Origin: Ignicoccus islandicus DSM 13165
Lineage (GTDB): Archaea; Thermoproteota; Thermoprotei_A; Sulfolobales; Ignicoccaceae
Assembly (NCBI RefSeq): GCF_001481685.1
Contig: NZ_CP006867.1
Span: forward strand, 660,001 to 692,000
DNA: 32,000 nt
Reading direction: 5' to 3'
The position numbers and the translations under genes were made by a program. The notes below the pieces were generated by a model. The model made no database searches, was not told where the DNA came from, and worked only from the letters and a program-made list of their open reading frames with translations. How positions within the stretch are numbered: position 1 is the stretch's first letter; each line of letters starts with the position of its first letter. Below, in pieces: positions 8,079 to 17,994 of the stretch.

Positions 8079-10396
8079 TAACTAAGTCAGCCCTAAGGTC
8101 GTCTGTCAAGAGTAAACTCGAGTTCTTATCTATAGTCTTCATGATAGCGGTTTCTATATCGTTGTACGTAGCTTCTCAGATGACGTATGAAAGCGTAGTA
8201 GATCTATTTAGGAACTACGTTCGTACTACTTATGGAGATATACTTGTAGTCGGATACGTCCCCTCTATTGTTGATGAAATAGTAAAGGAATCGAAATTCG
8301 TAAGGGACTTCACGGGTTTCGTAGTAGTTCCAGCGTACGCTACCGATTCACAAGGTATCGAAAGACCCGTTCTCTTAGGCTATACTGAGGCAGCCTACAG
8401 GAACGACACCCTCCTGGGAGGTTTCAAGGCGATTAAGCTTAAGGAAGGCCAAGCCCTCCTTCTAAGAGAAGGGTCTGATGGTCTAAGTATAGGGATGAAA
8501 TTAACGGCATATCCCACAATATCTATTAATGAAGAATCTATATTTAATTTAACAATAGTAGGCTACGTTGAGGGTGGGCTACCTCTTCCAGCCGGACCAG
8601 TTCTATTCCTTTCAAAAAGCGATGGCAAGAAGTTATTGGAAGTTGTTGGTGGATACACTGTATACTCTGTGGTCCGTAAAGACGGTATTTCGGATAATGA
8701 AGTGCTTACGGAACTCATTGAAATAATTAAAAACGCTGGCGGATACGTAGGTTTCGTTTTCGATACTAATAAGGATTTGAAGTTCTATCCAGGTCAAGGA
8801 GTCTTAAATGAGACAGTTATAGGGTTGAAATTCATATCTTTAACCTCATGGATTGTCGTAACCATAGTACTCGTAATATTTTCAATAATGTATATTGAGA
8901 AAAACGTAAAGGAGGTAGCTACTTTACGTTCAATAGGGGGTGCTGCAACCGAACTAAGTAAGTACATTATAGCCTTATGGGGATCCCGTTTACTTAGCGG
9001 TCTCATTTTGGGCATCTTAATTAGTTACCTTTTAACCAAGGTAATAATTGCGAGTGCCCTTTCGCATCCGCGACTTCAACCATTTCAAGATTTCGTTAAG
9101 GTGAGGCTTCCTCCAATGACCATTGTTGAAACGATTATCTTAAGCCTTACGACCCTACTCTTAATATGGATATCTTCACTAGTTGCAGTATATAAAATGA
9201 GATTAATCGACGCCCTTACTTTCTACGGAATAAAGCTAAGAATAAAGGGAGAGAGTAGACTACCTTTCTTTATGATAGTAGGGCTCTCAGAAATTAGAAC
9301 GTTACCATGGAGGAACATTGCTGCAATTATATTATTGTCGTTAGGTATAGCATTAATCTCGCTTCCCTTTACATTATCATCAAGCCTACTTTCGTTCAAC
9401 GAAAGTAAATCGTTCGATGTAAAGGTTATAATGATGATAATTCCAAAGATAAGTCCCTCTTTAAGTTACTTTCTCTCCAACGCTGATTGGAGTAAGGCGA
9501 ACGAGGTTAGCATATGGGTTGAATCGCTTTATGGATCAGTTAACATCAAGGCGCAATTAATTGAAGGTAATAAAAAGGTGCCTATTTACGCGACGTCGTG
9601 TCTACTTCCGTTTAAAGGTAAATGCATAGATTTCATTAGTATAGTAAAGGGTCGAATGTTAAAGTATCCAAACGAAACGATAGTCAGCACACTTTTCTCA
9701 TATAGATATAATGTACGAGTAGGCGACGAAATAGCAGTAAGTCTAACAACGAAGGGCACGAAGGAGAGGGTCATTTCGCTTAAGGTAGTTGGAATTTACA
9801 ATAGCAAGGAATTTCCTCCGACAATAATTTTACATCCAGCGTTGCTCCCACCAATCGATTCGTTCAGTGTGTTTACTATTTTGATAAAAACGAAATACCC
9901 TGAAGAGTTGTCTAACTATATTAGGAGTTTCTTGGTTTCAAATGCGTATGCAGCTGTATCCATGACATGGGATGAATACGAAAGGGAAATGATGAGGGAC
10001 TTGACGTTCGTTGCAGACTCAATTAAAACGACTGTCCTAAGTTCTTATATAATAACAACCCTAGCTGTCGCGACTTTCGCTATTAGCGATTTGAGTGTTA
10101 GGAGGAAAATATGGATGTTATTAAAGTCGCTCGGAATGACCTCGGTTGATTTGAGTCTGGCCTTCTTGTTCAGGTGGGCGGTCATTGGAGCGCTCAGCAT
10201 ACCTATTTCGTATATCTTGCTAACGAAATGGACCACAGATGGTGTGGAAATGCTATCTCAAGTATATTTCATTGATAAGATGAAAATCGATTGTTCGTTT
10301 ATCATTGTAGGCATGTTAGCCCCGTTAGCTATATTCGTCGTGTCTTTAGCATACTTTAAGAAATATAGATCGGTAGAAGAGCTAAGAAACGCTTAA
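8069..10396 (+). CDS. ABC transporter permease (FtsX/MacB-like), 775 aa
   Basis: Overlaps the ATPase gene by 10 nt. N-terminal TM, large extracytoplasmic domain, and LRSIGGAATELSKYI / LKSLGMTSVDLSLAF motifs in two FtsX-like blocks. Confidence 0.88.
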   Translation: MSLITKSALRSSVKSKLEFLSIVFMIAVSISLYVASQMTYESVVDLFRNYVRTTYGDILVVGYVPSIVDEIVKESKFVRDFTGFVVVPAYATDSQGIERPVLLGYTEAAYRNDTLLGGFKAIKLKEGQALLLREGSDGLSIGMKLTAYPTISINEESIFNLTIVGYVEGGLPLPAGPVLFLSKSDGKKLLEVVGGYTVYSVVRKDGISDNEVLTELIEIIKNAGGYVGFVFDTNKDLKFYPGQGVLNETVIGLKFISLTSWIVVTIVLVIFSIMYIEKNVKEVATLRSIGGAATELSKYIIALWGSRLLSGLILGILISYLLTKVIIASALSHPRLQPFQDFVKVRLPPMTIVETIILSLTTLLLIWISSLVAVYKMRLIDALTFYGIKLRIKGESRLPFFMIVGLSEIRTLPWRNIAAIILLSLGIALISLPFTLSSSLLSFNESKSFDVKVIMMIIPKISPSLSYFLSNADWSKANEVSIWVESLYGSVNIKAQLIEGNKKVPIYATSCLLPFKGKCIDFISIVKGRMLKYPNETIVSTLFSYRYNVRVGDEIAVSLTTKGTKERVISLKVVGIYNSKEFPPTIILHPALLPPIDSFSVFTILIKTKYPEELSNYIRSFLVSNAYAAVSMTWDEYEREMMRDLTFVADSIKTTVLSSYIITTLAVATFAISDLSVRRKIWMLLKSLGMTSVDLSLAFLFRWAVIGALSIPISYILLTKWTTDGVEMLSQVYFIDKMKIDCSFIIVGMLAPLAIFVVSLAYFKKYRSVEELRNA

Positions 10397-10401
10397 TGTA
10401 A

Positions 10402-10605
10402 TTAACTCTTAATCTCCGTTGCAATGAGTTCGAGGTTTCCATCTTTCTTCTTTATCAAAACCATTGCATCATCTATTCTGTATCCGCAATTCTTACACTT
10501 GTATGAATACATTACCTTTATTGAGTCTCTTGAAATAGTCGATTCAATGTTTAACGTCATTGGGATTTTACATCTCGGGCAAAGCAAGACGTTAATTGAA
10601 TTCAT
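10402..10605 (-). CDS. Small zinc-ribbon protein
   Basis: MNSINVLLCPRCKIPM...YSYKCKNCGYRI carries two CxxC pairs. The ORF track start at 10650 overlaps the aIF2-beta end; ATG at 10605 is preferred. Confidence 0.65.
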   Translation of the reverse strand: MNSINVLLCPRCKIPMTLNIESTISRDSIKVMYSYKCKNCGYRIDDAMVLIKKKDGNLELIATEIKS

Positions 10606-10621
10606 GGCTCGATCACCGAAG

Positions 10622-11032
10622 TTATAGAGGCGGTACGGGGGTTTCAGCACCGCAAACGTGACACTTTAATATCCAAACCCTTCTGTCCAGTCTTATTAAT
10701 TCTGTATCGGGGCCCTTACAAGTTGGGCAGATTACGTACTGATCAACGAACTTCTGGAGGAGCTTAGATAGTATCCTAGACGAGAACCTTCCGGTTAATA
10801 TCAGCTCGCCTTTCTCTCCGATATGGACTGGGATAGCTAATTCCTTTGCGAACCATTTACTAACAATTTTAGGGTCTCTATGTATAACATCACATATTTG
10901 GCTGAAGTTCTGGATTATGGTTTTATCACCTATAATTAGGACCTTCGGTTCGGGAACTTGGAACCTTCCCTTGTACTCAGCCTTACCGGGTAATTGGCTA
11001 TAAGCGCGTTCTAAGAGCTTCTCGTAACCCAT
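10622..11032 (-). CDS. eif2b: Translation initiation factor aIF2 subunit beta
   Basis: Central domain ...QICDVIHRDPKIVSKWFAKEL and C-terminal zinc finger CPTCKGPDTEL...KCHVCGAETPV. Confidence 0.93.
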   Translation of the reverse strand: MGYEKLLERAYSQLPGKAEYKGRFQVPEPKVLIIGDKTIIQNFSQICDVIHRDPKIVSKWFAKELAIPVHIGEKGELILTGRFSSRILSKLLQKFVDQYVICPTCKGPDTELIRLDRRVWILKCHVCGAETPVPPL

Positions 11033-11111
11033 TTCTCTAATCGTTATATCTCATCACCCATATTGAAGGAGTATCGTGAAACGTATATTAAGTAATAGCT
11101 ATAAGCGTTGC

Positions 11112-11984
11112 TCATTCCCTCCAATTCTCGAGCAGTTTTCTGGCCTCTTCGGGAGGTATCCTCTGCTGCTTCGTATCTTCTATTAATGGAATACCCTTGC
11201 CTCTTACAGTTTTAGCAAGTATTACTACAGGTCGCTTCAATTTCTTAGCACTCTCTTTAGCTTCCTGAATTGATTCAATTATTAGATTAGGATCGTGACC
11301 GTCGTCGAGTACTATCACATGCCATCCGAACGACCTCCACTTACCTTGGAGATCACCTTTTCTTTTAACTTCTTCAGTAGCACCATCTAGTTGGAATCTG
11401 TTCCAATCTACTATGGCGATTAAGTTGTCTAAGTTTTGTGAGGCTGCGGTAGAAGCTGCCTCCCAAACCTCGCCTTCGTCCAGTTCGCCGTCTCCTAGAA
11501 TCACGTAAACCCACCTATCCGAGTTCAACATTTTCAGCCCCTTCGCTACGCCTACTGCGAAGCTGAAGCCTTGCGCTAAGCTACCTGTGGGCGCATCGAC
11601 ACACGCTAAGGTATCGTCCGGATGACCTTGGAGGGGACTAGCTATGTCCCTAATTGTACTAATCCAATTCTCCGGAATGATCCCAAACGCAGCTAATACA
11701 GCGTAAAACGCTGGTACAGCGTGACCCTTACTCAAGATCAACCAATTGTGTTTAGTAGGTTCCTCGTCGCATTTCCTATCTCTCATTTCTAGGTACCATA
11801 TAGAACCAAGTATATCTAACACTGAAAGACTCGAACCTGCGTGAACAGTTTTTTCGATGCTCGCCATTTCTAGAACATACTTTCTCGCTCGTTTTAGTAT
11901 TGCTTCGAGCTTTTCCATGTTTATACTTTCTTGTTTCGCGCCCTTAGTTTCAAGTTCCGTTTTCTGAATCCTTGAGCGCAACAT
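11112..11984 (-). CDS. Transketolase N-terminal subunit
   Basis: SSLSVLDILGSIWYL, LSKGHAVPAFYAVL, GSLAQGFSFAVGVA and GDGELDEGEVWEAA are thiamine-diphosphate-binding motifs. Only the N-terminal half is encoded. Confidence 0.93.
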   Translation of the reverse strand: MLRSRIQKTELETKGAKQESINMEKLEAILKRARKYVLEMASIEKTVHAGSSLSVLDILGSIWYLEMRDRKCDEEPTKHNWLILSKGHAVPAFYAVLAAFGIIPENWISTIRDIASPLQGHPDDTLACVDAPTGSLAQGFSFAVGVAKGLKMLNSDRWVYVILGDGELDEGEVWEAASTAASQNLDNLIAIVDWNRFQLDGATEEVKRKGDLQGKWRSFGWHVIVLDDGHDPNLIIESIQEAKESAKKLKRPVVILAKTVRGKGIPLIEDTKQQRIPPEEARKLLENWRE

Positions 11985-12178
11985 TTGAACCCTGTGGGAT
12001 GACAGTGGGCCAGATTAAATACGTTGATATTTTACATACGATTTAGGAGATTACAGTTGATCCTCTATCTCTACTATTTCCCTAGATCCCTAGAATTTAA
12101 AATCTTTGAGAAATAATACTTTGGGAGGATAGGATTTAGTATTAAAAAAAGCGTTCTTTTTCGAAAGTTCTAAGCGAT

Positions 12179-12418
12179 TTAAGCCTTTATGCTGACTTCG
12201 GTTAGAGTTGGCTGGCTGGGATCGATCGAAGCACTGGCGCTTAGGCTGGGGAAGTTAGCGTTTGCTAAGGGACCTAGGTCGACGCCTAGACCCTTAACTA
12301 CGTTTAGTAGGGTACCGACGAAGCCTAGTAGTAGTACTACAGCAGCGACTATTAGGAAGACAGTACCTAGGATGTCTGCTAGAGCACCTACCTTCAACAA
12401 GTTCTTCCTCATCACCAC
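12179..12418 (-). CDS. Small single-TM hydrophobic protein (79 aa), possible envelope protein
   Basis: N-terminal Lys-flanked hydrophobic helix ILGTVFLIVAAVVLLLGFVGTLLNVV, then a Ser/Ala/Pro-rich tail. The minus strand upstream has a CTTTATTAG TATA-like box and GAGAGGTGAAGTGGTG before ATG. Confidence 0.65.
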   Translation of the reverse strand: MVMRKNLLKVGALADILGTVFLIVAAVVLLLGFVGTLLNVVKGLGVDLGPLANANFPSLSASASIDPSQPTLTEVSIKA

Positions 12419-12542
12419 TTCACCTCTCTCACTTTAACCTAGTTATTGTTAGACTAATAAAGTTTCCTATGAAGTAATACATTCCGCACTCCTTTAACTA
12501 ACGTACATAACAGATCGCACGTAGTATAGGTGGACAGGTAAG

Positions 12543-13682
12543 TTGGTAGTTAAAATAGAAGTGTTTGGAGAAGGACTTAATCAACTTATTAATGGTAACT
12601 TGATCATCTTCAAGAGATGGATTCGGAGTAGGAAGCCAGTTAAGATAGGGGACATGGTCGAATTAATAGATGAAGAAGAGAACCCAGTGGCATGTGGTAT
12701 CTGGGACAAAATAGGTGCCCGAATATTGAACTTCAATGAATGTCCAAACAGCCTAGATGATCTCATATTTGAGAAATTTGAATTTTCCAAGAAATCTCGG
12801 GAGCGAATGGGGTACGAAAACGTATATAGATTAATACACGGGGATGGAGACCTATTCCCTGGTTTGATCGTGGACGTTTACGGACCGTTAGCCGTTATTC
12901 AATCTTCTAGTATGGCCATAGATACCATAATCCCGATAATTGTTAAAGAGTTAGTGAAAGTTACTGGAGTAGATACAGTAGCGGAAAAAAGCGTTCAGAG
13001 GGTTAGATCTAAGTCCAATCTTCCACCCCGAGAGAAGATTCACTTAGGTAGTAGAAAGGAAGTTATAGTAGAAGTAGATATAGAGGGAATAAAGTATTAC
13101 GTTAGCCTAAAGTCTAGGAAGACGGGCTTGTATTTAGATCAACGTGAAAATAGGGTATATACTAGGCGGTTCGCACGAGGAAGCAGCTTCCTCGATCTTT
13201 TCTCTTATACTGGAGGATTTGGCTTAAACGCTCTTCATGAGGGAGCGAGGCACGTAACGTTCGTTGATAAGGACACCGAAGCCTTGTCTGCCCTCAAGAA
13301 GAACCTCAAGTTGAATAACATCGATGATTCGCGCGTAAGGATAGTTAAGGAGGACGCTTTCAAGTTTCTCAGAAGGAGCGTCAAACGCGATCTGAACTAT
13401 GAGGTAACTTCAGTCGATCCACCCGCGTTAATGGACGATTACAAAGATGGGTTGCAGAGATACAAAGAGGTTTACGTACTTTCGTCCCAACTCTCGAAAG
13501 ACATTTCAGTACTTTCATCATGTTCACGAAGCATGAAACTACCTCTTTTCATTTCAACGGTCTATGACAGCGTTAGGGAACCATATAGTCTTCTAGAAGT
13601 AAGGGGTTCGGCCCCCGATCACCCAATAAGAAGGGGATTGGAAGATTACCTTAAGGTGGCCTACGTATCGTACGAGGGGTAA
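12543..13682 (+). CDS. Class I SAM-dependent rRNA methyltransferase, RlmI-like (PUA + MTase)
   Basis: HGDGDLFPGLIVDVYG, GLYLDQRENR, FLDLFSYTGGFGLNALHEGA, SVDPPALM. Confidence 0.88.
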   Translation: MVVKIEVFGEGLNQLINGNLIIFKRWIRSRKPVKIGDMVELIDEEENPVACGIWDKIGARILNFNECPNSLDDLIFEKFEFSKKSRERMGYENVYRLIHGDGDLFPGLIVDVYGPLAVIQSSSMAIDTIIPIIVKELVKVTGVDTVAEKSVQRVRSKSNLPPREKIHLGSRKEVIVEVDIEGIKYYVSLKSRKTGLYLDQRENRVYTRRFARGSSFLDLFSYTGGFGLNALHEGARHVTFVDKDTEALSALKKNLKLNNIDDSRVRIVKEDAFKFLRRSVKRDLNYEVTSVDPPALMDDYKDGLQRYKEVYVLSSQLSKDISVLSSCSRSMKLPLFISTVYDSVREPYSLLEVRGSAPDHPIRRGLEDYLKVAYVSYEG

Positions 13683-13702
13683 GGCGCGTGGGTTCGAGCT
13701 CA

Positions 13703-14311
13703 TCAATCGCGTCTTAAAACCTTCTTCATCCCCTTCGACTCTACTAAACTCAAGACGTAATTAGTTGAAAGCGACCATAGGGTCAACGAGTCCTCTTCGC
13801 CCAACTCTAACGTCTTGAGTAATGAAATTACTTGATGTGGGACGCATATTTCGAGCGCTCTTGAGGGCGAGCACGTGAACGACGTTGCTATTTCTTTATT
13901 TATTAATAGACTCGCAAACCTTCTCAGCCTTCCCAAGGCTTTATAGTCTGTTATTAGTTCGTTTATTCTCAATTCTATGGCCTTTCCAGACTGAATTAAG
14001 AGTTCTACCTGGGAGCTATCTAAGTATCTTAGGTTGCTCGCTCCGAAGCTGACTATATCTACGATCCTACTTTTTGCAAATAATCTAGCTTCGCTTAGAT
14101 TGCGTGGCGAGGCTACTATTATCTCGCTCTTGCTTTTTTTAACCTTAGAAGACCTCGGATATACTTTTTCGAAATCGTAGTTCGAGCACCCTTCACATAA
14201 CAGTAAGTAGTAATGATGTAGCAGTAGCTCAATTACGTCGTTACTTTTAACATTAGACTCCATGAGCGCAGCTTTCATAATCAACGCCTCGGCGAGGTGT
14301 CTATCTCTCAT
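13703..14311 (-). CDS. rnp3: Ribonuclease P protein component 3 (Rpp30 family)
   Basis: DIVSFGASNLRYLDSSQVELLIQSGKAIELRINELI ... LRRFASLLINKEIATSFTCSPSRALEICVPHQVISLLKTLEL is a p30-like pattern. Confidence 0.72.
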   Translation of the reverse strand: MRDRHLAEALIMKAALMESNVKSNDVIELLLHHYYLLLCEGCSNYDFEKVYPRSSKVKKSKSEIIVASPRNLSEARLFAKSRIVDIVSFGASNLRYLDSSQVELLIQSGKAIELRINELITDYKALGRLRRFASLLINKEIATSFTCSPSRALEICVPHQVISLLKTLELGEEDSLTLWSLSTNYVLSLVESKGMKKVLRRD

Positions 14312-14403
14312 TCAAGTCGATTCCGTCACCACTCCTCATAGGCATCCTTCGCTCTTTCCTACGTGCTATATTATTATATGTCTGATTTAACGAAAGACTA
14401 TAT

Positions 14404-14477
14404 GGGATGGGACCGGCCGGAGGCCGCCGCATCGACGGGCGATGAAAGCCGGAAGCCGAGGGGTCGACCCATTCCCT
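14404..14477 (+). ncRNA. Candidate structured GC-rich non-coding RNA
   Basis: GGGATGGG (14404-14411) pairs with CCCATTCCC (14468-14476) with one bulged T. Internal perfect hairpins CGGCC-GGA-GGCCG and CATCG-ACGGG-CGATG. A TATA-like ATATTATTATATG lies about 28 nt upstream. Strand is inferred from the TATA position. Confidence 0.45.
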
Positions 14478-14553
14478 CCATTAACTTCCATAAGGTATAT
14501 ACAGCATAAACTAGTTTAAGCCCTCTTTACAACCTTCATTACGGTGCCTCCGT

Positions 14554-15486
14554 ATGGCGCGAATACCTTACAAAGTAGCTGTAATTGGAACTGGAAGGGT
14601 TGGAGCAACGTTCGCTTATACAATGGCAGTAGTACCCGGAATAGCTAGAATGACCTTAGTCGACGTAGTCCCGGGCTTAGCGAAGGGCGTAATGGAGGAC
14701 ATTAAACACGCTGCTGCGGTCTTCAGGAGAAGCATCACAGTTGAAGCCTTCGAAGACGTTAGTAAAGTAGAGAACGCTGATGCCATAGTGATAACGGCAG
14801 GTAAGCCTAGGAAGGCAGATATGAGTAGAAGGGACCTAGCAAACGTGAATGCCCAAATAATAAGGGATATAGGAGATAAACTCCGCGATAGAAATCCAGG
14901 CGCGCTTTACGTTGTTGTAACTAACCCGGTAGACGTTATGACTATGGTATTAGACGACGTCATAGGAAGTAAAGGCACGGTCATTGGTACCGGTACGAGT
15001 TTAGACACTTTCAGGTTCAGGGCAGCTGTTAGTGAACTCCTCAACGTGCCTATTGTCGCTGTCGATGGTTACGTCGTTGGCGAACACGGTGAGGAGGCGT
15101 TCGTAGCGTGGAGTACCGTTACAATAAAAGGTATACACATAGATCAATACATCAAGGAAAGGAACATTAATATAAGCAGAGAACAAATAGAGAAGTACGT
15201 GAAAGACGTAGCTGCTAGCATAATTGCCTCTCAAGGAGCCACCATATGGGGCCCTGCAGCAACTTTCCAAGAAATAGTTGTATCGCACTTAGCCAACGAA
15301 TCGAAGATAATCCCCATATCGTTACCACAAAACATAGAGGGTGTTGGAAGGGTTGCAGTTTCGGTACCCACAATAATTAGTGGAAGACTCAAACCTCTGG
15401 TTCAACTCCTCAATGAAGAGGAGCAAGAGAGGTTAAAAAGAGCAGCCAAGGCTATAAGGAACGTTTACGAAAGTATCTTAACCTAA
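14554..15486 (+). CDS. mdh: NAD(P)-dependent malate dehydrogenase (lactate/malate dehydrogenase family)
   Basis: VAVIGTGRVGATFAYTM, DAIVITAGKPRK, VVTNPVDVMT, VVGEHGEEAFVAWS. Confidence 0.94.
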   Translation: MARIPYKVAVIGTGRVGATFAYTMAVVPGIARMTLVDVVPGLAKGVMEDIKHAAAVFRRSITVEAFEDVSKVENADAIVITAGKPRKADMSRRDLANVNAQIIRDIGDKLRDRNPGALYVVVTNPVDVMTMVLDDVIGSKGTVIGTGTSLDTFRFRAAVSELLNVPIVAVDGYVVGEHGEEAFVAWSTVTIKGIHIDQYIKERNINISREQIEKYVKDVAASIIASQGATIWGPAATFQEIVVSHLANESKIIPISLPQNIEGVGRVAVSVPTIISGRLKPLVQLLNEEEQERLKRAAKAIRNVYESILT

Positions 15487-16578
15487 ACTTCTTATTGAAC
15501 CAATTAACGCTTGGGCGACCAAGAAGACTGTTAAGGCTTGTACAACCAATGTAACTTTTTCGAACTTCTTGAATTCTTGCCCAACATCAGTAAGAACCCT
15601 GCCTCCATCGGATATGAATAAAGGTAAAGCGTTTATGACAGCTAAACCCAGGTTTATTCCATTTAGCCACACTAACGAACTTACGACCGCTTGCAACATC
15701 TCTAAGGGTAGAGACGAAAGCGGCCACGCAGGAACGAACGGTAGCACTATAATACCTAATTTGCCCTTTTCGGGCTTAGCTATAATTTCAATTACTTTAT
15801 TGCCCCTAAGTATCTTTATCTTAAGCACTTCATTATTGGAGATAAGTTCCTTTAACTTGTAAAGGGATTTCACTTCGATGTCATTGATTGAAAGTATAAC
15901 GTCACCTTTCATTATACCGCAATTCCAAGCCGGCGAGCCTTCTACTACGTCGATAACGAATATACCGGGCTTTAGTAGATTCCATATTATCAGATAGGTT
16001 AGGAGGGCCAAGAACATGTTGGCAGCGGGTCCGGCGGCGTAAATTCTAATTCTCTTCAGTAAGGGAGCTCTCAATAGCTCGTTTTCATCGGGTTCGACGA
16101 AAGCAATTGGGAATACGAATGCCCATCCGATTCCTGCGCTTTTCACGCTCACGCCTTGCTTAATGGAGCTCCAGTAGTGCATGTATTCGTGGATAACTAT
16201 GCTTAATCCAATAATCCAAAGTATCGAAAGAAGTCTCGAGAACGATATTGTTATACCGGGTAGTAATGGAACTAGTGTCACGCTTTTCTGAGTTTTTGGA
16301 AGTAGGTTAGAGATTAATAGATAGTATCCCATGAACATCGCAATTAGGAAGAATACTAAGGAAGCGTTTAGAACTACTTTCGTATAGATATTGTCCGTTG
16401 CATTGGCATTACCCCTTATCTCTAGCCTTAGAGCAATAATTCCCGGCATGGGTGAAAAGACTCTCTTACCATTTCTTATAGCGGGTATAAAGTAAGCCAG
16501 TATACTGGCGATAAGTACCGAAAGCATTGCGAATCCAGACGCTTCCATCTCATCTAGCCCGCACCTTGACCGAGCCAA
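15478..16578 (-). CDS. Site-2 protease family membrane zinc metalloprotease with PDZ-like domain
   Basis: HExxH in VIHEYMHYWSSI, PDZ-like VVEGSPAWNCGIMKGDVILSINDIEV, NALPLFISDGGRVL. Confidence 0.9.
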   Translation of the reverse strand: MARSRCGLDEMEASGFAMLSVLIASILAYFIPAIRNGKRVFSPMPGIIALRLEIRGNANATDNIYTKVVLNASLVFFLIAMFMGYYLLISNLLPKTQKSVTLVPLLPGITISFSRLLSILWIIGLSIVIHEYMHYWSSIKQGVSVKSAGIGWAFVFPIAFVEPDENELLRAPLLKRIRIYAAGPAANMFLALLTYLIIWNLLKPGIFVIDVVEGSPAWNCGIMKGDVILSINDIEVKSLYKLKELISNNEVLKIKILRGNKVIEIIAKPEKGKLGIIVLPFVPAWPLSSLPLEMLQAVVSSLVWLNGINLGLAVINALPLFISDGGRVLTDVGQEFKKFEKVTLVVQALTVFLVAQALIGSIRSLG

Positions 16579-16624
16579 TCATTCTTAAAAACTGGCCATG
16601 AGCGTAAGGTCTGGGACTTGAGCA

Positions 16625-16936
16625 ATGCCGGCCATTGAGGTAGGTAGGATCTGCGTTAAGATAGCTGGAAGGGAAGCTGGAAAGAAGTGCGTAATAGTGG
16701 ATATCATAGATGATAAATTCGTGTTGATAACTGGACCAAAGAGCCTAAGCGGCGTTAAGAGGAGAAGAGTTAACATTAAGCACATCGAACCTCTTGATAA
16801 GAAGATTGAAATAGAGAAGGGTGCCAGTGACGAAGAAGTCTTAAAGGCCATAGAGAGCGCCGGTCTACAAGACTTCATGAAAGAGAAAGTAGTACCTAAG
16901 ATACCAACACCACCAAAGGTTGCTGCCTACCTATGA
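16625..16936 (+). CDS. rpl14e: 50S ribosomal protein L14e
   Basis: [53 protein letters not shown] is an L14e KOW signature. Confidence 0.95.
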   Translation: MPAIEVGRICVKIAGREAGKKCVIVDIIDDKFVLITGPKSLSGVKRRRVNIKHIEPLDKKIEIEKGASDEEVLKAIESAGLQDFMKEKVVPKIPTPPKVAAYL

Positions 16937-17994
16937 AGCCCCATCCCATAGACAGATTTATTGGTCTACAGAAATATTTCACTTCCGTTACGCCGCCGTG
17001 CGAAATTAGAATCGAGCGTCCATATGATTTTCATGTAATAGAAAATCCTTATTTAGAGCAAGGTAATGAAAACTTGTATATAATGGAAAAATGTTGTATA
17101 GATACAATTCATGCAGTAAGGGAACTTGAAAAAGCGACTGGAACTACTTGGAAGTATTCGGGATTGAAAGACGCGCATGCAGTCACGGTTCAGTTAGTAA
17201 GTTCATGGTCATCAATCAAGAATGAAATGACTCTGTCTAAGGGAAAGAAATGCGTAAGGGTTAAGAAGGTAGGAGTCGGGAAGTTAGTCAAAGGAAAGAC
17301 CAAGGGAAACGTGTTCGTAATAAGGCTTCGCCCGGAATGTAACGTTAAGGAATACATTGATGGAGTTTTATCAGAACTCTACTGCGTTCCTGGAATATAT
17401 GGATACCAAAGATTTGGGACTAAGAGACCCATAACGCACGTAATAGGTAAGCTTATACTAAAAGACTCATTCGATGAAGCTCTTGACGTCCTCCTAGGTG
17501 AACCAACGCCTTGGGAAAGTCCAGTCGCGAGGGAAATTAGAAAAAGATACTATTCTGAAGGCCCAAAAGCCTATTTAGACGCACCTAAATATATGGATAT
17601 AGAAAGGAAAGTTTCACTCATGCTCCTTAATGGATATTCTCCCAAATACGCATTAAAGAGACTTCGCATATTCGATCTATTCTTAAACGCATTTCAAGCA
17701 TACATATATAACTTAGCTCTGACAAGCGAAAACGAAATAAACAGATTCAATGTGACTCCGGGCTATAATACTTGGGGGCTTTATCGGGAATACTTTGAAC
17801 TAAATGAAGTAGATAGGAAAAGTCTCAAGCGATATAGGATAAGAGGGGTTCACAGATTACCTTGTTACAACGCTCAAATTCGATTACATAAACTGGATGG
17901 GGACGTAGTTCTAGTTTTTAAGCTGCCGAGGGGCTATTACGCTACAAGTGTATTGAGAGAAATTGTGAAAGGCGATCCAAAAAACTTTTCTTAA
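16933..17994 (+). CDS. truD: tRNA pseudouridine(13) synthase TruD family
   Basis: [20 protein letters not shown] is the TruD catalytic Asp motif; [22 protein letters not shown] follows. ATGA overlap with rpl14e. Confidence 0.88.
   Translation: MKPHPIDRFIGLQKYFTSVTPPCEIRIERPYDFHVIENPYLEQGNENLYIMEKCCIDTIHAVRELEKATGTTWKYSGLKDAHAVTVQLVSSWSSIKNEMTLSKGKKCVRVKKVGVGKLVKGKTKGNVFVIRLRPECNVKEYIDGVLSELYCVPGIYGYQRFGTKRPITHVIGKLILKDSFDEALDVLLGEPTPWESPVAREIRKRYYSEGPKAYLDAPKYMDIERKVSLMLLNGYSPKYALKRLRIFDLFLNAFQAYIYNLALTSENEINRFNVTPGYNTWGLYREYFELNEVDRKSLKRYRIRGVHRLPCYNAQIRLHKLDGDVVLVFKLPRGYYATSVLREIVKGDPKNFS

Noticed and set aside
14404-14480. GC-rich island upstream of mdh considered as a tRNA, because it ends ...TTCCC-T-CCA
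   Set aside because: No TTCRAAT T loop, no recognisable anticodon arm, and the outer helix has a bulge. The CCA-like end is probably coincidental.
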